This document shows, in pieces, positions 39,509-48,094 of a stretch of 64,000 bases of DNA. Source of the DNA: a virus (lineage: Duplodnaviria; Caudoviricetes); IMG/VR virus record IMGVR_UViG_3300017388_000002, positions 1 through 64,000 of that record; one strand, written 5' to 3'. The position numbers were made by a program, and so were the translations under genes. Position 1 is the first letter of the stretch. Each line of letters opens with the position of its first letter. The notes under the pieces were generated by a model. That model saw only the letters and a program-made list of their open reading frames with translations. It was not told the DNA's origin and did not search any database.

Positions 39509-40026
39509 CCGAGACTCGGAACATCATCGACTACTACCATTACTGGACCACCGAGGCAATCAAGGCAGACCTCGACCAGAAGCGAAATAATTTTTCCATT
39601 CTGGTTTCCAACCAGTTCAACGACTTCAACCTGGGAACAGTGATCCGTTGCTCCAATGCGTTCTTGGCGAAGGAAGTCATCATCTACGGGCGGAAGTCCT
39701 ACGACCGCCGAGGTACAGTCGGTACACATCTGTATGAAAATTTGCGACATGTTAGGTGGATTGACGAACTTGTTATTCCAGAAAATTCCTTGATCGTCGG
39801 TATTGACAACCTGCCTGGGGCGGTGCCCCTGGAGACGTTCGACTGGCCCGCTGATCGCCATGTGGTGATGACTTTAGGCCAGGAGCAACTTGGCCTCCCA
39901 GAAGAGGTTGCATCGATTTGCGAACATCTGGTTTATATCAAGCAGTACGGCAGTGTGCGAAGTTTGAATGTCGGAGTGGCGGCAGGAATCGCCATGTACG
40001 ACTACTGCCGGAAGGTTTTAGGTTGA
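39505..40026 (+). CDS. SpoU/TrmH-family RNA 2'-O-methyltransferase
   Basis: NLGTVIR, LGQEQLGL, IKQYGSVRSLNVGVAAGIAMY. Confidence 0.9.
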   Translation: MTETRNIIDYYHYWTTEAIKADLDQKRNNFSILVSNQFNDFNLGTVIRCSNAFLAKEVIIYGRKSYDRRGTVGTHLYENLRHVRWIDELVIPENSLIVGIDNLPGAVPLETFDWPADRHVVMTLGQEQLGLPEEVASICEHLVYIKQYGSVRSLNVGVAAGIAMYDYCRKVLG

Positions 40027-40050
40027 CTGTTGCTAGCGACGGTTTACAAT
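40023..40050 (+). promoter_or_regulatory. sigma70-like promoter
   Basis: TTGACT-16 bp-TACAAT. Confidence 0.45.
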
Positions 40051-40099
40051 TCAAGGATGAATACATTACCGAGTCCTACCTTCAGAAAGGAACGATCAA

Positions 40100-41095
40100 A
40101 TGGCCGGATCGAAAAACGAAGCCTTTACGTTCGACTCCAGCGATATGCCCAAGATGAGGGGCACTCCGGAGATCGTGCGGCTGGTCCCAGAGAAGCCGAC
40201 TAGCGAGCAAAAGCATCCGGTCATGGAAGCCGAGAGTTTGTTGGAGATCAACTTCTTCAACAAGCAACGGAACATCATGCCGAAGCGACTTGAAGAACTG
40301 GCAAGGAAAATCGAGGACGGCAGGTTCCACGTCAACACCATCTGCATCGCCCACCTGAAGTTCGACTACGAAGGCTACAAGAAACTGCTCATGAATGGGC
40401 AGCACACCGCCCATGCCGTGATTTCCACGAAAAAGCCTGTCTGGTCGGTCCTGATCGAGTTCAACGTCGAGAACATCAGGCAACTCTGCTGTCTCTGGGC
40501 ACAATTCGACCCGCCCGGTGGTGACCGTACCCCGCAACAGATCGCCAACGCCTTCGTGGAAGTTCTTGGAGACCGCAAGTGGACGAAGCAATCCATCAAT
40601 AAATGCTCGTCCGCCGTAGCCGTGGTCCACAAGGGATCGTTCAGCTACGGTGCCAACACCACCGTAGACGAACGAATCGAACTGCTGATGTCCAAGAACT
40701 ACATCTCTCACGCCAACTTCGCCAGAAACATCGTCTTCGACAAGGGCGAGGCTGACGATGTTCGTTTCCTCAGCCGAATCGCTACCCTGGCTGCCATCGT
40801 GAAAACACACCAAGTCAATCAGAAAGACGCCCAATTCTTCTGGACTCGTGTACGTGACGGCGGCGAGGTCTCGGCCAGCCATCCAGCCCTGGTCCTGCGA
40901 GACCTTCTGCAAACCGCAGCCTTCGGCAACACCAAGGCTACAGGCAAGAAGCGGCTTACCAGCCATGAAGCCTACATCCGTTGTGCCCAGGCATGGGTCG
41001 CCTACCGCAGCGGTGTCAAGAATGGCTTTAAGTTCTCGAAGTCTGCTCCTGAAAGTATTCCAGACTTCGACTCAGAGAACGCCGAGGCAGCGTAA
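40100..41095 (+). CDS. ParB/DGQHR-like domain protein
   Basis: NKQRNI and LMNGQHTAHAV (DGQHR variant). Confidence 0.55.
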   Translation: MAGSKNEAFTFDSSDMPKMRGTPEIVRLVPEKPTSEQKHPVMEAESLLEINFFNKQRNIMPKRLEELARKIEDGRFHVNTICIAHLKFDYEGYKKLLMNGQHTAHAVISTKKPVWSVLIEFNVENIRQLCCLWAQFDPPGGDRTPQQIANAFVEVLGDRKWTKQSINKCSSAVAVVHKGSFSYGANTTVDERIELLMSKNYISHANFARNIVFDKGEADDVRFLSRIATLAAIVKTHQVNQKDAQFFWTRVRDGGEVSASHPALVLRDLLQTAAFGNTKATGKKRLTSHEAYIRCAQAWVAYRSGVKNGFKFSKSAPESIPDFDSENAEAA

Positions 41096-41115
41096 ACCTT
41101 ACCAAAAGTTGAAAC

Positions 41116-41151
41116 AAAAAAGGCCCCGGTGGGCAACCACCGGGGCCTTTT
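41116..41151 (+). terminator. intrinsic terminator
   Basis: AAAAGGCCCCGGTGG-GCAA-CCACCGGGGCCTTTT. Confidence 0.85.
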
Positions 41152-41189
41152 CTATTGATTCAGCCAGGGACTAATGCGAAAATAGATTC

Positions 41190-41561
41190 ATGCTAGATGA
41201 AAGAATACAGAAACTCATCGAGGACCAAAAGAACTCTAATGGCATAGACATCAGGCGGCTCCCCATCGGCACGAGGATCAGGGTGAGGACTAGAAACACC
41301 GTCTATCACATGATTATCCGAGGGGATAGAGAAGTAACCGTGCGGGGCGGTAGGTATTTCCCCTTCCCTACCAGGACTTATCTTCCAGGCTCGACTTGGG
41401 GCGGCTCAATGTTGATGGTGGGCTGGATCGGGCACTCCATGAACATAGAGCTTCACCATCCATTGACCGATAAGATCGTTACGACCACTAGCGTTCAGGA
41501 GGCCGAGGTTATTGGCCAGAACTGGAAGTACCAGATGGATTGGCAAGTCGATGAACCATGA
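41190..41561 (+). CDS. hypothetical protein
   Basis: Well-formed ORF containing GSTWGGSML. Confidence 0.65.
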   Translation: MLDERIQKLIEDQKNSNGIDIRRLPIGTRIRVRTRNTVYHMIIRGDREVTVRGGRYFPFPTRTYLPGSTWGGSMLMVGWIGHSMNIELHHPLTDKIVTTTSVQEAEVIGQNWKYQMDWQVDEP

Positions 41562-42099
41562 ACGGAGGCAGGTGCGGCATAACCAGTGCCAGGAACTGTT
41601 TTGAATATAGGTCTTCTAGTCTGATTCTGAAGTTGCCCCTCTCCTTAATTACTTCGCACTCGAAGCCACATTCCCTGAAATAGTTTGCGATCAAGTTGGA
41701 ATCTTCTTTCCAGATGTGGGTGTTAAGAACTACTCGTCCCTTGTCCATCTTCCCGCAGTCGCCGAACCAGACCGCCCAGGCGACATCCTTCAGCGGGTCG
41801 AGGTTCTCCTTGCGGAGCTTCCTCTTCTTGCCTTTGTAGAACTTGGTTCTGAAGTCGTTGAAAATAGGGTAACACAGGGAATGCCATCTATTCGTCTTCT
41901 CTATAGTCACAGGCTCAGAGGAGGCCAACGACGACAATTCCGCAGCCTTGTGGTCTAACCACAGGCCATCCTTGCTTCTCATCGACAGGTAGCAGTTCTT
42001 GCCCCTCGTAGGCTTTATGATAGACGAGCCGCCGAGTATTGTGCCCGCAATCACCTGCATCTGCCGTGAATCTATGGTTGGGTTGATTAAGTGAGTCAC
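41509..42099 (-). CDS. divergent two-motif LAGLIDADG endonuclease-like protein
   Basis: VIAGTILGGSSI and AWAVWFGDCG; catalytic acidic residues are degenerate. Confidence 0.65.
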   Translation of the reverse strand: MTHLINPTIDSRQMQVIAGTILGGSSIIKPTRGKNCYLSMRSKDGLWLDHKAAELSSLASSEPVTIEKTNRWHSLCYPIFNDFRTKFYKGKKRKLRKENLDPLKDVAWAVWFGDCGKMDKGRVVLNTHIWKEDSNLIANYFRECGFECEVIKERGNFRIRLEDLYSKQFLALVMPHLPPFMVHRLANPSGTSSSGQ

Positions 42100-42211
42100 G
42101 CTTTATCTATGCCTCGAATGGTGAATAATTTTTCCGATTGCATCTATAAAAAGAACCCAAGGGTCTAGATACTTGTGAAATTTGGAACTCTTTTACATGA
42201 GGTAATCAAAT

Positions 42212-42568
42212 ATGGGTGCAACATCTGTTACAGGTAAGGGCCGTGGAATGGCTAAGAACCTGAAGGGTCCAGGTAATGAGCGTAACTACTTCGTTCCGCA
42301 AGTTACCCCACACATCGTAATAGCTGGTTCTGTGGCTATTTCTGGTGGTCAGGGTACAGTGACCTTCCCGAACCCTTTGGCTGGTCCTGCTGCTGATTAC
42401 GTAGTTATGTTGAACGTAGTTAGCACCGTGGCTGCTGCTCACGGCGTCACCACCCACACCAAGACTGACGTAAACGGCAAGTTCTCTTCGTTCATCATCA
42501 AGACTGAGAATGCAACCGACACAGTTGAGTGGATGGTCGTCAAGGCAGGTTACGGCCTAGAAGCCTAA
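42212..42568 (+). CDS. probable virion (head decoration-like) protein
   Basis: TAGATA plus GAGG RBS; codon usage like MCP; followed by a terminator hairpin. Confidence 0.55.
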   Translation: MGATSVTGKGRGMAKNLKGPGNERNYFVPQVTPHIVIAGSVAISGGQGTVTFPNPLAGPAADYVVMLNVVSTVAAAHGVTTHTKTDVNGKFSSFIIKTENATDTVEWMVVKAGYGLEA

Positions 42569-42751
42569 CCTAAATGAACAAGGCCCGCCTTGCGGCGGGC
42601 CTTAAATTCCGTAACTGACCTTTCTAATTGCTAAGCACTTATGTGCTGTTACGGGAGGGGCCGGTAGTGGGACGCTACCGGCCCCTTGCTTTTAACAACG
42701 AGTTAATAATATATATCTGAAGTTGAACTTTTTTTCAGCATATGAACTAAG

Positions 42752-43176
42752 CTATTTGAAGTGTTTTTCAATTACAGCCACACCGCATGGTCGTATTTCA
42801 CCTAGTTTTACAACCCCAGCGTGAACATGCCTATGGCATATAGCACAAAGGACCACACACTTGTTAATTTCTGCTGCTATGTGTGACAAACTCATCCGTA
42901 CCATCTTAGCCACGCTATTCGATTTGCTGCCTATGTGATGCAAATCTAAATCGACGCCAACGAATTTGCCATCTGGGGTTCATACAGCCGTAGTAGACCT
43001 TGATCGAATTTATAACAGTCAGATTCCGCTTCTTTTCGATGGCCGGGACATGCCTCGATCTCATCTTCGAGATATACCCTCTACCGGGCCAGCAGTCGCC
43101 TTTTGTTCTTCCTGTAGTATTCTTTTGAGTATTCCTTATCTCTTCGTCTTCTCTCTTCGATAGACTTATATGGCAT
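42752..43176 (-). pseudogene. degraded HNH endonuclease
   Basis: MPYKSIEERR...* / IKVYYGCMNP / DLDLHHI...EINKCVVLCAICHRHVH, split by a stop and frameshifts. Confidence 0.65.
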
Positions 43177-43676
43177 TAGTTAATAACTCCAGAATCTACC
43201 AGTGCTTGGACGAGCTTCATTAGATGCTTACACATACCTTCTAACTGCAAAGGATTTGCAGGCGGGCCTCCTTTAGACTCGTATTTTTTCGGCTTTCTGC
43301 CAAAAAGACTACGATCTAGGTGGTTGTAGTAAGAAAACCTCCACCTGAAATCAGAGCAGTTACATCTAATCAGGACTTCGTTCTTGGTCAATGATGGCTT
43401 CTTGAACTCGTACAAAAGTCCATCACTCGCCACTAATTTAACATCAGGGTTGCTATTATACACCACGTTCTTGATGAGAATCAATGATGTATATTCTCGG
43501 CCTTCGTTTTGGGCCAGCCCCTTTACAAACAACGTCTTCAAACCTAAATATGGAGTCCAATCTATTCTGACGATTTTGATGGGCTGGGTGGCGTGTTGCC
43601 TGAACCTCGTGTTAGGGAAGGCAGCCACGGCACTATTGTAGAGACTCACCAATGTGCTTTCAGCTATCTCGCTCAT
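43176..43676 (-). CDS. SWIM zinc-finger protein
   Basis: CNCSDFRWRF...CKHL. Confidence 0.7.
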   Translation of the reverse strand: MSEIAESTLVSLYNSAVAAFPNTRFRQHATQPIKIVRIDWTPYLGLKTLFVKGLAQNEGREYTSLILIKNVVYNSNPDVKLVASDGLLYEFKKPSLTKNEVLIRCNCSDFRWRFSYYNHLDRSLFGRKPKKYESKGGPPANPLQLEGMCKHLMKLVQALVDSGVIN

Positions 43677-43705
43677 ACGGCTATTTATGATCTGTGGGGA
43701 AAGAT

Positions 43706-44026
43706 ATGACTATCATTATTCCTGGCGAACCAACTCCTGAAGAAAATACCCCGCTTCACCCCGATGGGAAACCGATGTTGCGTTTCGAGGTAAAAATGCG
43801 GAGACACAAGGGCGGTATCCAGAAGGCTATCTTCATAGGTGGCGAGATGCTCGACTGGTCCGTAGATGTGTCGCAAATGATGGACGCTATGAACATGGGT
43901 CTGGCGTTCTACAGGGCCGTGCAACGTGATATAGAAAAACATTTCGTAGAAAGCGTGAGTGAATTCATTGGTAGGAAAGTGACTCCAGAGGACATCAAGA
44001 AAGCTATCAAAGAAGGGTGGATTTAA
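43706..44026 (+). CDS. hypothetical protein
   Basis: Coupled to lat. Confidence 0.65.
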   Translation: MTIIIPGEPTPEENTPLHPDGKPMLRFEVKMRRHKGGIQKAIFIGGEMLDWSVDVSQMMDAMNMGLAFYRAVQRDIEKHFVESVSEFIGRKVTPEDIKKAIKEGWI

Positions 44027-45288
44027 TGGACGCAAATCGAGTACATGATATCCTGTCGAAGAAAATCTGTTACCATCCAGAAGCGATAGTGATTGACCAA
44101 GACCTCAGTATAGGTTCTTGGCTCTTCGATCTAAGAGATGGTACGGAGTACCTCGATCTGTTTTCTCAATTTGCCAGTCAGCCATTGGGCTGGAACCACC
44201 CAAAACTACTCGCACAACAGGACCGTCTGGGCAGGGCAGCACTCTACAAAATCGCCAACCCCGACATGTACTCTGTAGAACTAGCACAGTTTGTCGAGGC
44301 GTGGTCCTCGATCACACCAGACTTTGACCATCATTTTTTCATCGACACTGGCACCTTGGCGGTCGAGAATGCCCTGAAAGCAGCATTCGATTGGAAAGCT
44401 CAATTGATGGGACTTAAGCAAGATTCTGCGGCTGACGAACTTCAAGTTATTCACTTCACCCAGGCTTTTCACGGCAGGAGTGGTTATACACTATCTCTTA
44501 CGAACAACATACACAACCCCCTCAAAACTAAGTTCTTTCCCAAGTGGCAAACATGGCCGAGAATCGGGGCACCCAGAGTAATCGAACACAATTTACGAGA
44601 AACCGAGCGACTAGAAGGCATCGCACTAGATGATATCCGCTGGCATCTGGCTGGTGGTAAAATGGCAGCTATCATCATAGAGACCATTCAAGGCGAAGGC
44701 GGCGACAACCATTTCAGAGGCGAATTCTTACGAGAACTTCGGACCCTAGCAAGCGACAACGAGGCTATGCTGATCTTTGACGAAGTACAATGTGGCATCG
44801 GGCTAACCGGCAAGATGTGGGCATACGAGCATTTCGATGTAGTACCAGACATCATTGCTTTTGGAAAGAAATCTCAGGTTTGCGGTATATCTTCCACAAG
44901 TAGAATTGATCTAGTAATTGACAACGTATTCGAGAATCCGTCTAGAATCAATTCTACCTGGGGAGGTAATACGGTAGACATGGTTAGGGCAACCATCCTG
45001 ATAGAAATCATCAAGGAGGAAAATCTAGTTCAGAATGCGGCCTTGGTGGGATCGTACTTCCTAGAAAAGCTCAAAACGTTAGGATTCGAGAATACTAGAG
45101 GCCGAGGTTTAATGATAGCTTTCGATGTGAAAGACAAACCAGAACGAGATGCCTTGATCCATAGGATGAAACAAAATAGAATACTTGCATTAGCTTGTGG
45201 TGGTAGATCAATCCGGTTTAGACCACATCTAACATTCTCGCAACAAGATGCTGATGAAGCCGTAGAGAGGATCAGGAAGTCTATATGA
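44026..45288 (+). CDS. lat: L-lysine 6-aminotransferase (class III PLP aminotransferase)
   Basis: YLDLFSQFASQPLGWNHP, GTLAVENALKAAFDWK, AFHGRSGYTLSLTN, ETIQGEGGDNHF, DEVQ, FGKK, RINSTWGG. Confidence 0.9.
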   Translation: MDANRVHDILSKKICYHPEAIVIDQDLSIGSWLFDLRDGTEYLDLFSQFASQPLGWNHPKLLAQQDRLGRAALYKIANPDMYSVELAQFVEAWSSITPDFDHHFFIDTGTLAVENALKAAFDWKAQLMGLKQDSAADELQVIHFTQAFHGRSGYTLSLTNNIHNPLKTKFFPKWQTWPRIGAPRVIEHNLRETERLEGIALDDIRWHLAGGKMAAIIIETIQGEGGDNHFRGEFLRELRTLASDNEAMLIFDEVQCGIGLTGKMWAYEHFDVVPDIIAFGKKSQVCGISSTSRIDLVIDNVFENPSRINSTWGGNTVDMVRATILIEIIKEENLVQNAALVGSYFLEKLKTLGFENTRGRGLMIAFDVKDKPERDALIHRMKQNRILALACGGRSIRFRPHLTFSQQDADEAVERIRKSI

Positions 45289-45538
45289 ACAGAAGGTCGT
45301 TTCTAAAAAGTGTTGCTGGTCTACGGCGGCTGTCGCCGTACCTGTGGCTACTGTATCGGCATTAGCCAATCCAGTAGTGGTTGAGAACCGCAGACTGAAA
45401 GCAAGATGGTCGATGGAAGCTGCTCAGGACTTGCGTGCCATGCACAATCTAGCCGCCGAGGGAGAACTTTGCGAAATCATGTCCAAAGCAATCAACGAAG
45501 AAATAGATCGAGAGATCATGCGGTCCCTAGCTGCCTAA
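45285..45538 (+). CDS. Tat-signal plus major-capsid-fragment mini-protein (1-nt frameshift near 45321)
   Basis: MNRRSFLKSVAG / TAAVAVPVATVSALA-NPVVVENRRLKARWSMEAAQDLRAMHNL...EEIDREI. Confidence 0.6.
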
Positions 45539-45541
45539 AAC

Positions 45542-45568
45542 AAAAGCCCGCCTTACGGCGGGCTTTTT
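45542..45568. terminator. bidirectional intrinsic terminator
   Basis: AAAAGCCCGCC-TTAC-GGCGGGCTTTTT. Confidence 0.85.
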
Positions 45569-45570
45569 CA

Positions 45571-46584
45571 TTACTTGCCAAATACCTTTTCATATCCATC
45601 GAGCCATCCTGTAAACTGCTCGAAGAAGTCTTCGCCCTCGTATTCTGTGTGGGCATTTACTGGGATATTAACGGCTGCTGGGTCTATTGCAAGCGGTGTT
45701 TGCTGACTTTTCGGAGTTTCCTTTTTGAGTCCGAGTTTGACTAGATCAACACCGTTCTTCTCCAGTTTTGCCGATAACTTGGCTATGTCGCCTTGGAGTT
45801 TAGGATCGTTGGCGGCGACCATCTGCTTCAACTCTTCGATCTTGCCTTTGAACTTCTCGGCGGAGGCCGCAGCAGCAAGGGCGGCAGAACCACCAAAGTC
45901 CTCACCATGCTTGCCAGCCGCAATGGAATCCATCATCTTCTGCAAGGCAGCACCGTAACTGTTGTGGAACTGAGCGGCTTTCATGGCCTGCATAGCTTGC
46001 GTCAGGAAGCCCACAACCGCCTTAATGGGGTCGTCACCGCCGCCTGCATTAGCACCAGCGTTGCCTGGAGTCTGGTCTGGAGGGGTTTGTGGAGAACCCG
46101 GAGGCGTAGCTGCACTTGGATCAGTAGGGGCACCCTCAGCACCACCGTCCCAGCCTTGAGCCAATTCCTTGCCGAATGGTCTGAAGAAGTTGGCTATGCC
46201 GCCTAGTGCATCGCCGAGTTTCTTACGCCCGTATCCGAGCAAACCAGCACCAGCACCAACGGCCTTCCTAGCTCCTCTACCGAACAAGCGACCTAACCCA
46301 CGACGTAGTGACCAGCCCTTTCCGGCGTTGTAGTCATCTCCGACCGTGGCTTCTAGATACAGATCGCCGAGAATTTCTTCTTTCTCAGACAAAATCTGTA
46401 GAATGGCCTTGTGGGTGTCTGAATCTAGATCGCTACATTCGAGAAGTTCGTATAGTTGGCCCTCGAAAAAATTCCAAGTGAAAATAACTGGATTGATGTC
46501 ATTTTCAACGAATACTCTGGCACTTTCCCAGAGCAGAGTATCGTTTTTCCTAAACTCACGATATTCCTTGAATGACTTCATCAC
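45571..46584 (-). CDS. putative internal head protein (MKSFKEY), Gly/Ala/Pro-rich
   Basis: CTS-like N-terminus. Confidence 0.65.
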   Translation of the reverse strand: MMKSFKEYREFRKNDTLLWESARVFVENDINPVIFTWNFFEGQLYELLECSDLDSDTHKAILQILSEKEEILGDLYLEATVGDDYNAGKGWSLRRGLGRLFGRGARKAVGAGAGLLGYGRKKLGDALGGIANFFRPFGKELAQGWDGGAEGAPTDPSAATPPGSPQTPPDQTPGNAGANAGGGDDPIKAVVGFLTQAMQAMKAAQFHNSYGAALQKMMDSIAAGKHGEDFGGSAALAAAASAEKFKGKIEELKQMVAANDPKLQGDIAKLSAKLEKNGVDLVKLGLKKETPKSQQTPLAIDPAAVNIPVNAHTEYEGEDFFEQFTGWLDGYEKVFGK

Positions 46585-47381
46585 GGTCCCTTCTTTGGTT
46601 TCATTGCCTCTAGCCTTGAGAATACGAATGGTATCACAGGCAATGTTTCACTAGAATCGAATGCATATGATACAGTGTTATTTACACTTTCATCTAATTT
46701 TTTCAGGTCGCTAATAGGAACTGCATAGGACACACCAAAGACCGGGTACATATGACCGTTGACCTTGGCCCCACGAATGCAAAACATAACTCCGACCAGT
46801 TTATTGTTGTGAAATAAAGGCCCTCCCGAATCCCCTGGAACCGTGTAAACGGAAGTCCGCAGGCAACTCTTGCTTTTGTCGCTTGGCAGCTTCACTAAAA
46901 CTCCTGTAACCTTTCCGAAGTCCACACGTAGGTCGTCACCCAAGCCGCCGCCGACTCGAACTACCTCATTACCAATGAACAGCTTCTCCTCGAAACCCAA
47001 ATCTACCGTATGCAGCTTCTGATCTGATTCAAAGGCAATAAGTGCCAAATCGATTTTCGGATCAGAAGCAATAACACGGAACTTGAACTTATCTTGACCA
47101 TCGGGCTGCGACCAATTTTTGTACTTGATGACATAAATTGTCGGGCATTCCATGCCTCTTACTACATGGGCACACGTCAAAGCGATGTTGCGATAGGTAT
47201 CTTCTGATTTCTCTGATCTCAGCACTACAGCCGTACCACTGCACTCGCTCCCTGGACAATACACCTGGAGGGTCGGGTATAGGCATTTCTCATGAAGGGT
47301 TTTATCGAGTTCCCCACTAGATACCGGAAGTGTAAAGAAAAGAACAAAAGACACAGTAAATAAAGGGATTGAATATTTCAT
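46581..47381 (-). CDS. secreted trypsin-like serine peptidase
   Basis: Signal peptide; LTCAHVV, DLAL, PGDSGGPLF. Confidence 0.9.
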   Translation of the reverse strand: MKYSIPLFTVSFVLFFTLPVSSGELDKTLHEKCLYPTLQVYCPGSECSGTAVVLRSEKSEDTYRNIALTCAHVVRGMECPTIYVIKYKNWSQPDGQDKFKFRVIASDPKIDLALIAFESDQKLHTVDLGFEEKLFIGNEVVRVGGGLGDDLRVDFGKVTGVLVKLPSDKSKSCLRTSVYTVPGDSGGPLFHNNKLVGVMFCIRGAKVNGHMYPVFGVSYAVPISDLKKLDESVNNTVSYAFDSSETLPVIPFVFSRLEAMKPKKGP

Positions 47382-47411
47382 ATTAGATATATATGAAACA
47401 TGGAGGTCAAA

Positions 47412-48050
47412 ATGTCTTCTAACAACAACGTGCTACTTGCTGTGATAGTAGCTTTGGCTGTCGGTATCTTTGGGGTCTATAAATGGAAGTCAGCGAAGAA
47501 TGCCGACCCACAAGACAACTGGCAGCAGTGGAACCCGCAAGATCAAGAATGGCAACAGTGGACCCCACTAGCCATGCCACCAGGGACTCCACCCACCGAC
47601 CCGCCGACCACCCCTCCGGGGAACCCTCTTGGCACTCCCCGCAATTATACCGAAGCTATAAATTTTGCCAAACGCAATAATAAGCAAGTCTTGCTCGTTT
47701 TCGGTGCGGAATGGTGCCAGTGGTGCAAAAAGTTGAAAACCGAAACCTTGGCTAGTGCAGACGTGCAGAGCAAAGTATCGGGCTACGTGTACTACTATGT
47801 CGATACCGACAAGGAAAAGGAGTTAGCCAGAAAATACAAAGTATCTGGCGTGCCGTACTATGCTATAGTGAATCCTAGCAACGAGTCGGTAGTTAGGCAG
47901 GGAAACGGATTCAAGTCTAATGTAGAATTCATAGCTTGGCTGGAAGGGAGAGACAACCAGCCGAGAAACCAACCTAGGCCGTTGAGGAGAGATCGGAGTC
48001 AGCCTCCGAGCCAACCTCCGAGGACTCAACCGCCTTTGGGTCCAGGCTGA
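47412..48050 (+). CDS. membrane-anchored thioredoxin-like protein
   Basis: TM segment; FGAEWCQWCKKL; YKVSGVP. Confidence 0.85.
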   Translation: MSSNNNVLLAVIVALAVGIFGVYKWKSAKNADPQDNWQQWNPQDQEWQQWTPLAMPPGTPPTDPPTTPPGNPLGTPRNYTEAINFAKRNNKQVLLVFGAEWCQWCKKLKTETLASADVQSKVSGYVYYYVDTDKEKELARKYKVSGVPYYAIVNPSNESVVRQGNGFKSNVEFIAWLEGRDNQPRNQPRPLRRDRSQPPSQPPRTQPPLGPG

Positions 48051-48094
48051 AGAGTCTTCATTGAGTAACCCGCAGTTACGGGGGGGGTCACAAA

